Source: Syntrophaceae bacterium UBA4054 (lineage in GTDB: Bacteria > Desulfobacterota > Syntrophia > Syntrophales > UBA4778). Taken from it: 64,000 nucleotides of DNA. Location: contig DFZO01000022.1 in NCBI GenBank assembly GCA_002383495.1, positions 4,465-68,464 on the forward strand. The letters run 5' to 3'. The notes under the pieces are model-generated. The model worked only from the letters and a program-made list of their open reading frames with translations, was not told the origin of the DNA and ran no database searches. Shown here piece by piece: positions 27,349-36,088 of this stretch (the first letter of the stretch is position 1; each line of letters starts with the position of its first letter). Both the position numbers and the translations under genes were made by a program.

Positions 27349-29979
27349 TTACTCCCGTTCACCAATCAGGATGAAAGGCGCCCAGAAGAATGGATGAGAG
27401 GCGCCGGTTTGAATCTTCTTGTCCCGTCCGGTGATCTTGACGCCGCGGCTTAAATCAGTGGAGGCCAGGCTTTGGTTTTTCAATTCCTGCTTGGCCAGCC
27501 TGAGCGCCTCTTCTCTGGACGTTCCGGGCTTGAGATGCGAGTAGAAGCTCTTCATCAGGACGGCCGTAGAATTCGATTCCACGCTCCAGAGGCTCACGAT
27601 AACCGATTTGGACCCCGCGAGCATGAAGGCGCGGCTTAAGCCCACGATTCCCTCTCCGGCAATCTCTTTTCCCAGGGCCGTCTTGCAGGCCGACAGGACA
27701 ACGGCATCGGCGTTGAGTTTGAATTCCAGGATCTCGCTCATCTTGAGGAAGCCGTCCTCAGGGCTGCGGTTCCCCGGCTGGCTCAGAACCAGCGCCGGTT
27801 CCAGGATATAAGGAATGTCGCCGCTCAAAAGACCGTGGGTGGCAAAATGGATGAACCGGTAACTGCCGAGATCGGATTTTAAAAGCTCGCTCTTGGAGGC
27901 ATCCATATCCAGCTTGATGTTGGGGTCATGGGTTTTGTACCCGAAGAGCGCGCCTATTTTCAGGACCTCATCGCGGGTCTCGGGCAGACGCTGCAAAGAG
28001 AAGCCGCTGCGGACCAGGGCGCTGCGCAAATTGAGGCCAGGCGTCTGATCGGCCGATGCCAGGACGATGTTGTTGGACTTTCTATGGCTGTAACGCGCAT
28101 CCGAATCCTCATAGACCGGATCGCCGAGTGCAAACAGGGGCCGGGATAATTTGGGACTCTCTTTGAACTGCCGCATGGTCGCCATGACCGAGGCGGACGG
28201 ATAATAGCTGATCTTGTATTTTTCTCCCAGGTATTGAATCGCATTTTTTGTTCTGCCCGCCGTCAATGCCTCGAAGGGAATCATGTTCAGCACGCCGTCG
28301 GGGGTGATGATGATGTTTTTGTCGGAATCTATCCGGCTGAGAGCTTCTCCCAGCAGGAGCCTGCCCAGGGCCCGCCCTTTCTCCGGGTCATAGGCATCCA
28401 GCCGGTCCGGATTTTCAAGCCCGCTTCGAAATTCCCCGACTTTCCGGATGAGTTCCTCCCGGCTCACGGCGATTTCGATGGCCGAAGGTTTCTTGCCTTT
28501 TTCTATGATCCAGAGATAGGTCTTCCCGGGGTTGACCTTGTATGCGAGGAGCACCTCATTGGCCCGCAGCGGGATATTCCCTGCCATGACCGGCTCGGGA
28601 TAGCGGATGGAGGCATAATCCGGATACTCTTTTCGCAGCTTGGCGATCAATTCATCCAGTTCGCGTTTCGATTTTTTCAGGAGCTCTCGCTGTGCTTCCG
28701 ACTGGCCGCTTCCGGAGGACTGGATCGAGTCGACGGTGCTGAGCAATCGCTGCTCCTGTTCGGCCAACTCGCGGGGAATCCGGTCGGCGAGGGCGGCCGT
28801 TCTGGCTTTGGAGAGCAGTTCGAGAAAAGACCGGGCCTTGGTGCTTTCAGCGTAAAAGAAGGCCACTTCCACGGGAGTGAGGCCCGCTTTGATAAAGCGC
28901 GGATCCAGGCGGATATCGTCCTGCGTCCGGCCGTCTGCCGTGAGCAGGATATCGATGGCATGCTCATAGGCGGCGATTTTATTGGCCAGGAACAAGGACC
29001 GGAACTCTGTCGAACTCAGGCTGCCTCTCAAATCCTCAATGAACTTGATGGCGGTGTTGTAGTAGAGCAGCGCCTGGGCATTGCGGTTCTGCTCTTCATT
29101 CAAAAGCCCCAGGCCATAATTGGCGTACATCTGTTTCTCGGGGTAGTGCAGGTCCATGACGTCCAGGAGCCCAAGCCCTTCCCGGAAGGACCGGGCCGCC
29201 TCGTTGTATTTTTTCAATGACACCAGACAAAAACCGATGTTGTTGAGGATGTCCACGGTATCGGACGTGTTGTAACTTTTCCGGGCAAGTTCGAGGGCAC
29301 GCTGATAATGGACGACCGCCTCCTGATAACGGCCGAGGCCGAAAAGGGTCGTGCCCAGGGAGGAATAGACCGACTGCTTCAGCTTGTCGTCCTTGTAGCT
29401 GTCGATGCCTGAAAGGGACCTGGTGAAGATGTCCAGTGCCTGGGACAAACGGCCTTGCTGCGCGAGGGTCTCCCCCATGCTGAGCGCAATGAGCGGATGC
29501 CCGCCCTTCGCGGACTCACGATTGCCCGTCGGGGCCGCCGCCAGAATCTCTGCGGCCTTGTCCGTATCCCCGATTTTCTTGTAGCAATCGGCCAGTCCGA
29601 CCGTTGCCAGGACGATCCCCTCCGGATAGCGGCTGCTTTTGGCGGCGGATAACGATTGATTGAAATAGGACAGCGCCTTGTCGTACTCGTTGCGATCGAG
29701 GTAGGCCTTGCCCAGATAGCGGCAAATATCGGAGGTCTTTTCCCCATTGCCGGAGTAGAACGTCAGAGCCTCGCGCATGGAGAGCAGAAACTTGTCGAAG
29801 GAACCTTCGCGAAGGTAATCCAGGCCTTCCTGGGTGAGGATATCGCCCTTGCTCTTGGTGGCGGTCAGGAAGAGGGGGTGGTAGTTGGCAAGGCCTTCGG
29901 ACTGGGTTAACCCGTGACTGAGTCCGCAACCGCTGGTGCAGATGACCAGAAAAATCAGCAGCCATCGTTTCATCAGCAT
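27349..29979 (-). CDS. lipoprotein TPR-CHAT protein (caspase-like protease domain)
   Basis: Lipobox LVICTSGCG. The N-terminal half is TPR-rich. The C-terminal CHAT domain carries a His/Cys dyad context (FIHFATHGLL and AVVLSACKTALG). Confidence 0.85.
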   Translation of the reverse strand: MLMKRWLLIFLVICTSGCGLSHGLTQSEGLANYHPLFLTATKSKGDILTQEGLDYLREGSFDKFLLSMREALTFYSGNGEKTSDICRYLGKAYLDRNEYDKALSYFNQSLSAAKSSRYPEGIVLATVGLADCYKKIGDTDKAAEILAAAPTGNRESAKGGHPLIALSMGETLAQQGRLSQALDIFTRSLSGIDSYKDDKLKQSVYSSLGTTLFGLGRYQEAVVHYQRALELARKSYNTSDTVDILNNIGFCLVSLKKYNEAARSFREGLGLLDVMDLHYPEKQMYANYGLGLLNEEQNRNAQALLYYNTAIKFIEDLRGSLSSTEFRSLFLANKIAAYEHAIDILLTADGRTQDDIRLDPRFIKAGLTPVEVAFFYAESTKARSFLELLSKARTAALADRIPRELAEQEQRLLSTVDSIQSSGSGQSEAQRELLKKSKRELDELIAKLRKEYPDYASIRYPEPVMAGNIPLRANEVLLAYKVNPGKTYLWIIEKGKKPSAIEIAVSREELIRKVGEFRSGLENPDRLDAYDPEKGRALGRLLLGEALSRIDSDKNIIITPDGVLNMIPFEALTAGRTKNAIQYLGEKYKISYYPSASVMATMRQFKESPKLSRPLFALGDPVYEDSDARYSHRKSNNIVLASADQTPGLNLRSALVRSGFSLQRLPETRDEVLKIGALFGYKTHDPNIKLDMDASKSELLKSDLGSYRFIHFATHGLLSGDIPYILEPALVLSQPGNRSPEDGFLKMSEILEFKLNADAVVLSACKTALGKEIAGEGIVGLSRAFMLAGSKSVIVSLWSVESNSTAVLMKSFYSHLKPGTSREEALRLAKQELKNQSLASTDLSRGVKITGRDKKIQTGASHPFFWAPFILIGERE

Positions 29980-29997
29980 CGTGTTCTCCTGTCTGAA

Positions 29998-30597
29998 TCA
30001 ATAAAGTTCATCAAGCTTTCTGGAAAATTCTTTCAGAAGGTTGTCAATGGCTTCGTTTACCGCGTATCGCGCCATGTCATAGTTCGTTTCCATGATTATC
30101 TGATTGAGCATACTTCTGCTCCCCTCCGCCTTGACGCTGAAACTGCGCAGCAGCCGCCCCTTACCGTCGAAGTTTTCCGTTTCAAGCGCCACCGTCGCGG
30201 TATGAGAACTCATCCCTGTAAAGGCGGGCGAGTACGTGAAGGATTTAATCCGGGGAACAAAATAAATGTCAACATCGTGGATTTCACCTGCATCATGAGC
30301 AATGGCAACGTTTCCGAATTTGCTGGAGACAATCCCGTAAAGGGCCTGGGACAAATTCTTGCCGATGTCTATTTCTCCCTTCACGTTTGCCAGCAGGAAG
30401 ATCTGCGTACCCGTCTTGAAGACATATTTGTAGCTGGTGAACTTGTCGTCGAGAAGGAGTCCCGCTTTCAGGGAACTTTTCTTCATATTCTCGGTCGGGA
30501 TTTTTGGCTCAACCGAAACTTTCCGCATGTCTATGGTGCTGCCACATCCCGAAAGAAACAACGCAATGAGGCATAACAAAAGCACTGTTTTTTTCAT
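29998..30597 (-). CDS. hypothetical lipoprotein, 18 nt upstream of the CHAT gene
   Basis: MKKTVLLLCLIALFLSGCGS lipobox, RBS GGAAGG. No family recognised. Confidence 0.7.
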   Translation of the reverse strand: MKKTVLLLCLIALFLSGCGSTIDMRKVSVEPKIPTENMKKSSLKAGLLLDDKFTSYKYVFKTGTQIFLLANVKGEIDIGKNLSQALYGIVSSKFGNVAIAHDAGEIHDVDIYFVPRIKSFTYSPAFTGMSSHTATVALETENFDGKGRLLRSFSVKAEGSRSMLNQIIMETNYDMARYAVNEAIDNLLKEFSRKLDELY

Positions 30598-30867
30598 GAG
30601 AACCTTCCAATAATTATTGAGTCGAGCAACCAGCTTATCCCGATATAACAGGTCGGGGGGCGTCCACCGGGTTTCCAAACGATGTCACGCTGTCCCAAAC
30701 CATCAAAATACTATTATATCGTATCACACTAATCGAGGGAATAACATCAATGATAACTTTTTAAAACAGTGGATCTTCACGGAGATTGATGATTTGCGCA
30801 TAACAGGAAGGAATGACTCGTGATCGTTTTTACAGCTGCTGTCAGGAAAACTTCGTCTACAGGCATG

Positions 30868-31284
30868 TCATTCAAGCGTTTTTCCAGGGAATTCTTCCCT
30901 GATAAAATCTGAAAGATCCTTTTCAAGAGCTTTGAACTGTTCCGTCTTGTCCCTCGGACCAAACTGGGTCAACGCGATGCTGACAGTTGTCTCTCCCTTT
31001 ACGGAGGTCGCGAGCCTTACCCTTTCATGGTAGCAGTCCTGGTATTTTCGTACGGCATTATACGGCTTGCATGTTAAACCATTTCGCTTCGCGATTTTCT
31101 CGATTCGGGAAAAAAGGTTATCCAGGTCTTCGGGTTTGGAAACGGTGAAGCTCTTCGCTCGATCGTTCCGGAAATCAATGACGACCTGCCTCTTGTAAAT
31201 CATGTCACAGCTGATGAGCAAGCAGAGGCAACAGAGAAAACAGAGCAGTAAAATATGTTCAGGAAACGTCCTGGAGGAAATCAT
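30868..31284 (-). CDS. hypothetical small lipoprotein
   Basis: MISSRTFPEHILLLCFLCCLCLLISCD lipobox, RBS GGAGAAGG. The ORF extends to 31311. Confidence 0.6.
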   Translation of the reverse strand: MISSRTFPEHILLLCFLCCLCLLISCDMIYKRQVVIDFRNDRAKSFTVSKPEDLDNLFSRIEKIAKRNGLTCKPYNAVRKYQDCYHERVRLATSVKGETTVSIALTQFGPRDKTEQFKALEKDLSDFIREEFPGKTLE

Positions 31285-31360
31285 CAAACCTTCTCCACAT
31301 CGTCCACGCATGAAAAGTCACATATCAAGGGCTGACCTGCATACTCCATCCGAATGATTT

Positions 31361-32380
31361 TCATTTACCTATCAATCGTCTGAACTCAGGAGTATTTCTA
31401 ATGTTATCAAAGGCAGGGTCATCTGCAAGACTCCGTGCCTCAGGATGTAATTTTATGGCTTTCGATAAGTCTTGAACAGCTCTCGTTCTATCTCCAATAA
31501 GGGAATATGTTTTCCCGCGGTTGTAATAAGCCAGTGCATCTCTTGGATTGAGTTCAATCGCTTTATTCAAATCAACGATGGCTTCATTGTATTTGCCAAG
31601 GGCTCCATATACTTTCCCGCGAAACAAATAAGCCAGTGCATCTCTTGGATTGAGTTCAATCGCTTCATTGAAATCAACAATGGCCTCATTGTATTCGCCA
31701 CGACTCGCATGAAACATTCCACGGGTGGTATGAGTCTGTGAATATGTCGGATCCATTTCAAATGCTTTTTCGAAATCATGTGCTACAGCCTCAAAGTCGC
31801 CTTTTTGATAATTTCTATATCCACTTTCAACCCATTCAATAGCCGAAAGTTCTTTTATTGCCTTATTATATTTAACTTGAACTTTTTCTTTATCTTCGCC
31901 TTTTGCGAATTTTAGTTCTTCCCTTAGTTTCTTGTTTTCTTCTAATATCGCATCTGACCTCTTCCTCACTTCTTCCAATTCTCTTGATTTCTCACGGTCC
32001 TTGCGAAGACTATCAATTGATTTTATGACTTCCCCTTCATCCGCCGATATTTTCGTTTTTATCCAGTATATATGACCGTCCCATTTTTCATCTACAATCT
32101 CTGTTTTTACAATACCTGCGGTCAGTGAAGTTAGCTGGTCTTTCGTAAGCTGAAAGTTTTTTACCTCCGTTATACTCTCAAGATAGGTTCCCAGTTCCTC
32201 CAAGAGAAGTCTTTTCACTTCACGCATTGCAGTAACACGACTTGAATTTCTGCTATCGTCCTCACTGGCTCGATAGATGTATTCTTTGATGAAGGTTTTT
32301 GTTTCAGCAGATGCGAGATGAGGGGAAAATAAGAGAAACAGAAAAGATAGAACGGTGATCCTTGCCAGCGTGGATGTCAT
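31361..32380 (-). CDS. secreted protein: N-terminal domain, coiled coil, C-terminal TPR repeats
   Basis: Signal peptide ...SPHLASA-ET. A charged coiled coil follows (REKSRELEEVRKRSDAILEENKKLREELK), then 3-4 TPR units. RBS AAAGGAGG. The gene is visibly AT-rich. Confidence 0.75.
   Translation of the reverse strand: MTSTLARITVLSFLFLLFSPHLASAETKTFIKEYIYRASEDDSRNSSRVTAMREVKRLLLEELGTYLESITEVKNFQLTKDQLTSLTAGIVKTEIVDEKWDGHIYWIKTKISADEGEVIKSIDSLRKDREKSRELEEVRKRSDAILEENKKLREELKFAKGEDKEKVQVKYNKAIKELSAIEWVESGYRNYQKGDFEAVAHDFEKAFEMDPTYSQTHTTRGMFHASRGEYNEAIVDFNEAIELNPRDALAYLFRGKVYGALGKYNEAIVDLNKAIELNPRDALAYYNRGKTYSLIGDRTRAVQDLSKAIKLHPEARSLADDPAFDNIRNTPEFRRLIGK
31526..31699. repeat. near-identical tandem duplication of one 102-bp TPR unit
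   Basis: ATAAGCCAGTGCATCTCTTGGATTGAGTTCAATCGCTT occurs at 31526 and again at 31628. The copies continue with only a few mismatches over about 70 nt (protein NEAIELNPRDALAY x2). Confidence 0.8.
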
Positions 32381-32408
32381 AGATGCCTCCTTTCTGAACC
32401 GATGGCAA

Positions 32409-32437
32409 CTTATACATCAACCCCGAACAGTCTGCAA
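32409..32437 (-). promoter_or_regulatory. sigma-70-type promoter TTGCAG-N17-TATAAG for the TPR/lipoprotein cluster
   Basis: Read on the minus strand. The -10 element ends about 28 nt upstream of ATG 32380. Confidence 0.5.
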
Positions 32438-32563
32438 TGCATGTTATTGATTTTCGATTGAAAGGACGCATGAAATTGCCGACTGAGGAAAACAACATTT
32501 CAGGAAGCGAAGCGATAATCTGCTTTTGAAGATTCTCTCGACTGGTCCGATTTGGGTGTGTGC

Positions 32564-33670
32564 TCAAAACCGTCGTATCAGCTTTTGCACGAGCCTTCCC
32601 GGCAGTGTTTCGCGGGCGCGGAGGGCGCCCTGCGGACAGACCTCGATGCAGCAATAGCAGCGGATACATTTGTCGTAATCAAACTTGAGATTCCCGCTGG
32701 TCTCCTGGATGGCCCCGGCGGGGCAGAACTTCCAGCACTCGCCGCAGAGGGTGCAGAGGCTGTCATCGGGGACGGGTCTTTGAAGAAGCTGCCTGCGGAC
32801 AAAACCGTGGAGCGGCCGGGGTCCGGAGATGAGTGACGCGGATTCGGGAAGCTTGAAATCAACGATCCTTTCGACATTCCCCTGCACCTTGAAATGGAGG
32901 TCCAGGAGCCCCATCTCCCTCGCGGCCTGGTTGGTCGGGAGCTGATCGGGGCGCAGGCCCAGAAGTCTGCACGCGGTTACATCAAGCGCAAGAGCGTTGT
33001 TGCTTGCCAGGAGCAGTCCAAGTTTTTTCGGCGTGCCGCCTTTCCCCGGCCCGTCGCCTTCCATGGCGAGAATGCCGTCCATGATCGTCATGAAGGGCTT
33101 CAGCGCCTGATGAATCTGGACGAGCAGACATGCGAAAAGATCCCGGTTCACGCCCGTCCTCAGATGCCACTCCGCCTTACGGAAACCCACCACACAGCCG
33201 AAGAGATTCTTCACGCCGAGGGTGAGGAGCATCTGACTGTGCGTTTTAAACTTCGGCAGATTAATTATAAAATCAGCGTTCACGGCTTCTTCCGCCATCT
33301 CGATTCTGCCGAAGGGCTCGCCGATGTCCATGTGGGTCGAGTTTTTGAAAGGCCTGCAGGTCACGTCGAGTCCCTTAAGCGCATCCCGGAAGCCGCTTTC
33401 CCGGATCAGCCGGTCGAAGGAGCCCATGCCCGGGCTGTCGCAGATGTGAGGGTGGGCTCCCCGTTCGAGAACATATTCCGCCACGGCTCTCACAATGGAG
33501 GGATGGGTGAGAACGGCCTGTTCGGGTTTTGCCTGGACGAGCAGATTGGGTTTGATGATGACCCGGCTGTGATTTTCGATCAGATCGCCGCCGAGGGAGT
33601 TCATCATGTCGAACACGAGCGGACGCAGCGTTTCATAATCATAGGAGGCTTTTTTGATGATGACTTTCAT
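32564..33670 (-). CDS. DUF362 domain protein with C-terminal 2x[4Fe-4S] ferredoxin domain
   Basis: MKVIIKKASYDY...VIIKPNLL is a DUF362 N-terminus. The C-terminus carries CTLCGECWKFCP and CIRCYCCIEVCP. Confidence 0.8.
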   Translation of the reverse strand: MKVIIKKASYDYETLRPLVFDMMNSLGGDLIENHSRVIIKPNLLVQAKPEQAVLTHPSIVRAVAEYVLERGAHPHICDSPGMGSFDRLIRESGFRDALKGLDVTCRPFKNSTHMDIGEPFGRIEMAEEAVNADFIINLPKFKTHSQMLLTLGVKNLFGCVVGFRKAEWHLRTGVNRDLFACLLVQIHQALKPFMTIMDGILAMEGDGPGKGGTPKKLGLLLASNNALALDVTACRLLGLRPDQLPTNQAAREMGLLDLHFKVQGNVERIVDFKLPESASLISGPRPLHGFVRRQLLQRPVPDDSLCTLCGECWKFCPAGAIQETSGNLKFDYDKCIRCYCCIEVCPQGALRARETLPGRLVQKLIRRF

Positions 33671-33679
33671 TGAAGATAA

Positions 33680-33870
33680 GGGGCCAAGGATTCAAGGGTT
33701 CAAGGGAATAAGCATTTTAAAGTCCAGAGTCCGGAGTTCAGAGTTGAAAGATTGGGCAGGGGAGCGTTTACGCTCCCGGATAAAGGGATGCGGCCCTTCG
33801 ATGAACTGGTTCCTCCTCTGCCCGCTTTCGCTTTACACTTTACTCTTTACGCCTGACGCTTTACGCTTCT
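33680..33870. repeat. mosaic intergenic repeat cluster (same motif set as 24183-24493 and 35371-35385)
   Basis: The motifs are GGATTCAAGGGTTCAAGGG (33688), GGAGTTCAGAGTTGA (33733, identical at 35371) and the hairpin GGGCAGGGGAGCGTTTACGCTCCCGG (33754). Iterated CTTTAC(G/A)C units run over 33810-33866. Confidence 0.7.
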
Positions 33871-33871
33871 T

Positions 33872-34381
33872 TTATCCGAGATGGAGTTCGAACTTCTGTT
33901 CTACGAGTTCTCCGCCCCATTGCCGAACCGCGTGTTCTTCGACAAGCCTGAAACCCGCGCGCTCGTACAGCTGTCGTGCCCGGTTCAGCCCTTTGAATGT
34001 CCAGAGAAACACCTTCCGGTGACCGGCTTCACGGCAGAACCCTATGGCCCTGTTTATGAGAAGACTTCCAAGTCCCCGGCCGTGAAATTCGGGATCGACG
34101 ATGAACCAGCGGAGGCGCGCGCCTTCGCTGCCTGTCTTCGCCCCGTCAATGGCCGCGGCGCCCGCAAAGGCCCCGTTCATAACGGCAGCCCAGAAGCCGT
34201 CCCTGTCCTGGCGGAAATCGCGGATGAAATCAGACAACTCTCTTCCAACCTGAATTTCAAAGGAAACGTCAAAGCCCCAGTTTTCGTGATAGTAAACGGC
34301 ATGGAGTTCCGTGATTTTTCCGATGACGCCGGGGTAGTAACCCGTCAAAAGAAATTTTTCAGGCGTGTTTCTTTTTTTCAC
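33872..34381 (-). CDS. GNAT family N-acetyltransferase
   Basis: Acetyl-CoA binding context HGRGLGSLLINRAIGFCREAG. GTG start. Confidence 0.8.
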   Translation of the reverse strand: MKKRNTPEKFLLTGYYPGVIGKITELHAVYYHENWGFDVSFEIQVGRELSDFIRDFRQDRDGFWAAVMNGAFAGAAAIDGAKTGSEGARLRWFIVDPEFHGRGLGSLLINRAIGFCREAGHRKVFLWTFKGLNRARQLYERAGFRLVEEHAVRQWGGELVEQKFELHLG

Positions 34382-34508
34382 GCTCTTATCCCCGAACCCT
34401 GTCCTCTTGCCATGCTGAGTCTGTTGAATGATCCCCGCTTTTTCAACTTTGAACTCCAGTATCTAAATTCTATACTATAATTTTCCCTTGACCTTTCGCC
34501 TTTTGCCC

Positions 34509-35315
34509 TTAGCCCTTAGCCTTATCCGCCAGCTCCTTAACGGCATTCATGTATTCTCTGAGGCCTTTCAGAAAAATATCGTTGTGATTGGCCCCGGGGA
34601 TCTTGAGAAACCTCTTGCCTGGAGCAGGCGAGGCCTCGAAGAGGGCCTGACCGTCTTTGAAGGGAAGGACATGATCCAGCTCCGCGTGAATGATCAGCGT
34701 CGGGCCGCCGAAGGTGCGGATCTTGTCGATGTTGCGGAACCCGTCTTCTTCCGTCAGACCCATCGCTTTCATGCTGAGGCCGAGGACCCTGGCGAGCGTA
34801 TCGGAATGGGCAAATCCGCTCTCGATGATGACGCCCTTGATCCGGTCGGCGTGGGCGGACAGAAGTTCCAAGGCCGAAGCGCTGCCCAGGGACCGTCCCA
34901 TGACAATGATCGGTCCTGTAAATTTTTTCTCTTTCAGCCAGGCCAGCCAGAACTCGAAGATGACATGGCAGTCCCGCATCATGGCTGTAACGGTGGGTCG
35001 CCCCGTCGAGCGTCCATAGCCCCGGTAATCCACAGGATAGAAGTTCATCCCCAGGCGCGTGTAGACATCGGCAAGGTCATCGTAGTCCGCCACGATCTCG
35101 CCGTTTCCGTGGAAGAAGAGGATGTTGGGGCAGGCGGGTCCTGAGAGATGAAACCGCGCGCCTATAGCCGCGTCCTTGTCCACGGGGATCAGGACATCCT
35201 CGTTCCGTGTCGGCCTCGACCAGGGGACATCGAACTCCGGCCGGGGATGGAACAAAAACATGAGAAATTCGGGGCGGTCTAAATGGGAATAGTCTATCTT
35301 TGAAAGGTCGAGCAT
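34509..35315 (-). CDS. alpha/beta hydrolase
   Basis: Nucleophile elbow GRSLGS and oxyanion region ILFFHGNGE. The start is taken at MLDLSKIDY. Confidence 0.8.
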   Translation of the reverse strand: MLDLSKIDYSHLDRPEFLMFLFHPRPEFDVPWSRPTRNEDVLIPVDKDAAIGARFHLSGPACPNILFFHGNGEIVADYDDLADVYTRLGMNFYPVDYRGYGRSTGRPTVTAMMRDCHVIFEFWLAWLKEKKFTGPIIVMGRSLGSASALELLSAHADRIKGVIIESGFAHSDTLARVLGLSMKAMGLTEEDGFRNIDKIRTFGGPTLIIHAELDHVLPFKDGQALFEASPAPGKRFLKIPGANHNDIFLKGLREYMNAVKELADKAKG

Positions 35316-35503
35316 AAAAACTCCTTTAAAAGGGTTCGAGGGGAACAAACAGTTCAGCGTTTTAGCGCCTGGAGTTCAGAGTTGAGACAGCATTATAATA
35401 AAACTTGTATCAGAAAGGCGCCCTGCTGTCCACAGGCGAAGGGTTTGTGCGAAGGGTTTGACAGGGCTCGAAAATTAATCTATCGTTTATTTCAGGAGAA
35501 GCC

Positions 35504-36088
35504 ATGCCAACCTGGGTTTTAATCGCTCTCGTTTTGATCGGGGGTCTCATCACCGTCAAGTTCCTGTTCGCCGCCTCCATCGTGACGGTCTTTCCCATCA
35601 CCCGCGGCGCCATGTTTCACCCCTCGGCGTCCGTCCGGGTGAAGACCTTTCTCGACCGAGTTTCCATGAATCCCGGAGACCTTCTTGTGGATATCGGCTG
35701 CGGAGACGGAAGGGTCCTTCGCGGTGCCCGGCGGTGCTATGGCGTAAGGGCACTTGGTTTCGAGGTGAACCCGATTGCCTACCTCATGGCCCGGCTCCGG
35801 ACATTCGGAATGAAGGGGATTGAAATCCGTTATTCCGATTTCTGGAAATCCGCTCTCGATGAGGCGGATGTCGTTTTCTGCTATCTCTTCCCCGATGTGA
35901 TGAAGCGCGTGGCCGATAAACTGGAAACGGAGCTTAGGCCCGGCGCCCGTGTCGTCTCCTGCAACTTTCCTCTTCCGGGCTGGAAACCCCTGGAGGTCCT
36001 GCACCCGGATTCCTCTCTGCACGGCGATCCGATCTATCTCTACCGCTTTCCCGACGCCTGCAGATCGGGATCCAGCGAACGTTCCTGA
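35504..36088 (+). CDS. class I SAM-dependent methyltransferase with N-terminal TM helix
   Basis: Motif LLVDIGCGDGRVL, RBS CAGGAG. The 3' end overlaps the convergent nuclease gene by 49 nt. Confidence 0.75.
   Translation: MPTWVLIALVLIGGLITVKFLFAASIVTVFPITRGAMFHPSASVRVKTFLDRVSMNPGDLLVDIGCGDGRVLRGARRCYGVRALGFEVNPIAYLMARLRTFGMKGIEIRYSDFWKSALDEADVVFCYLFPDVMKRVADKLETELRPGARVVSCNFPLPGWKPLEVLHPDSSLHGDPIYLYRFPDACRSGSSERS

Noticed and set aside
27349-29979. TPR-CHAT as a CRISPR-associated Csx29/Craspase-type effector
   Set aside because: The protein has a lipoprotein signal peptide. There is no gRAMP/cas gene or CRISPR array within the window, and the neighbours are exported proteins.
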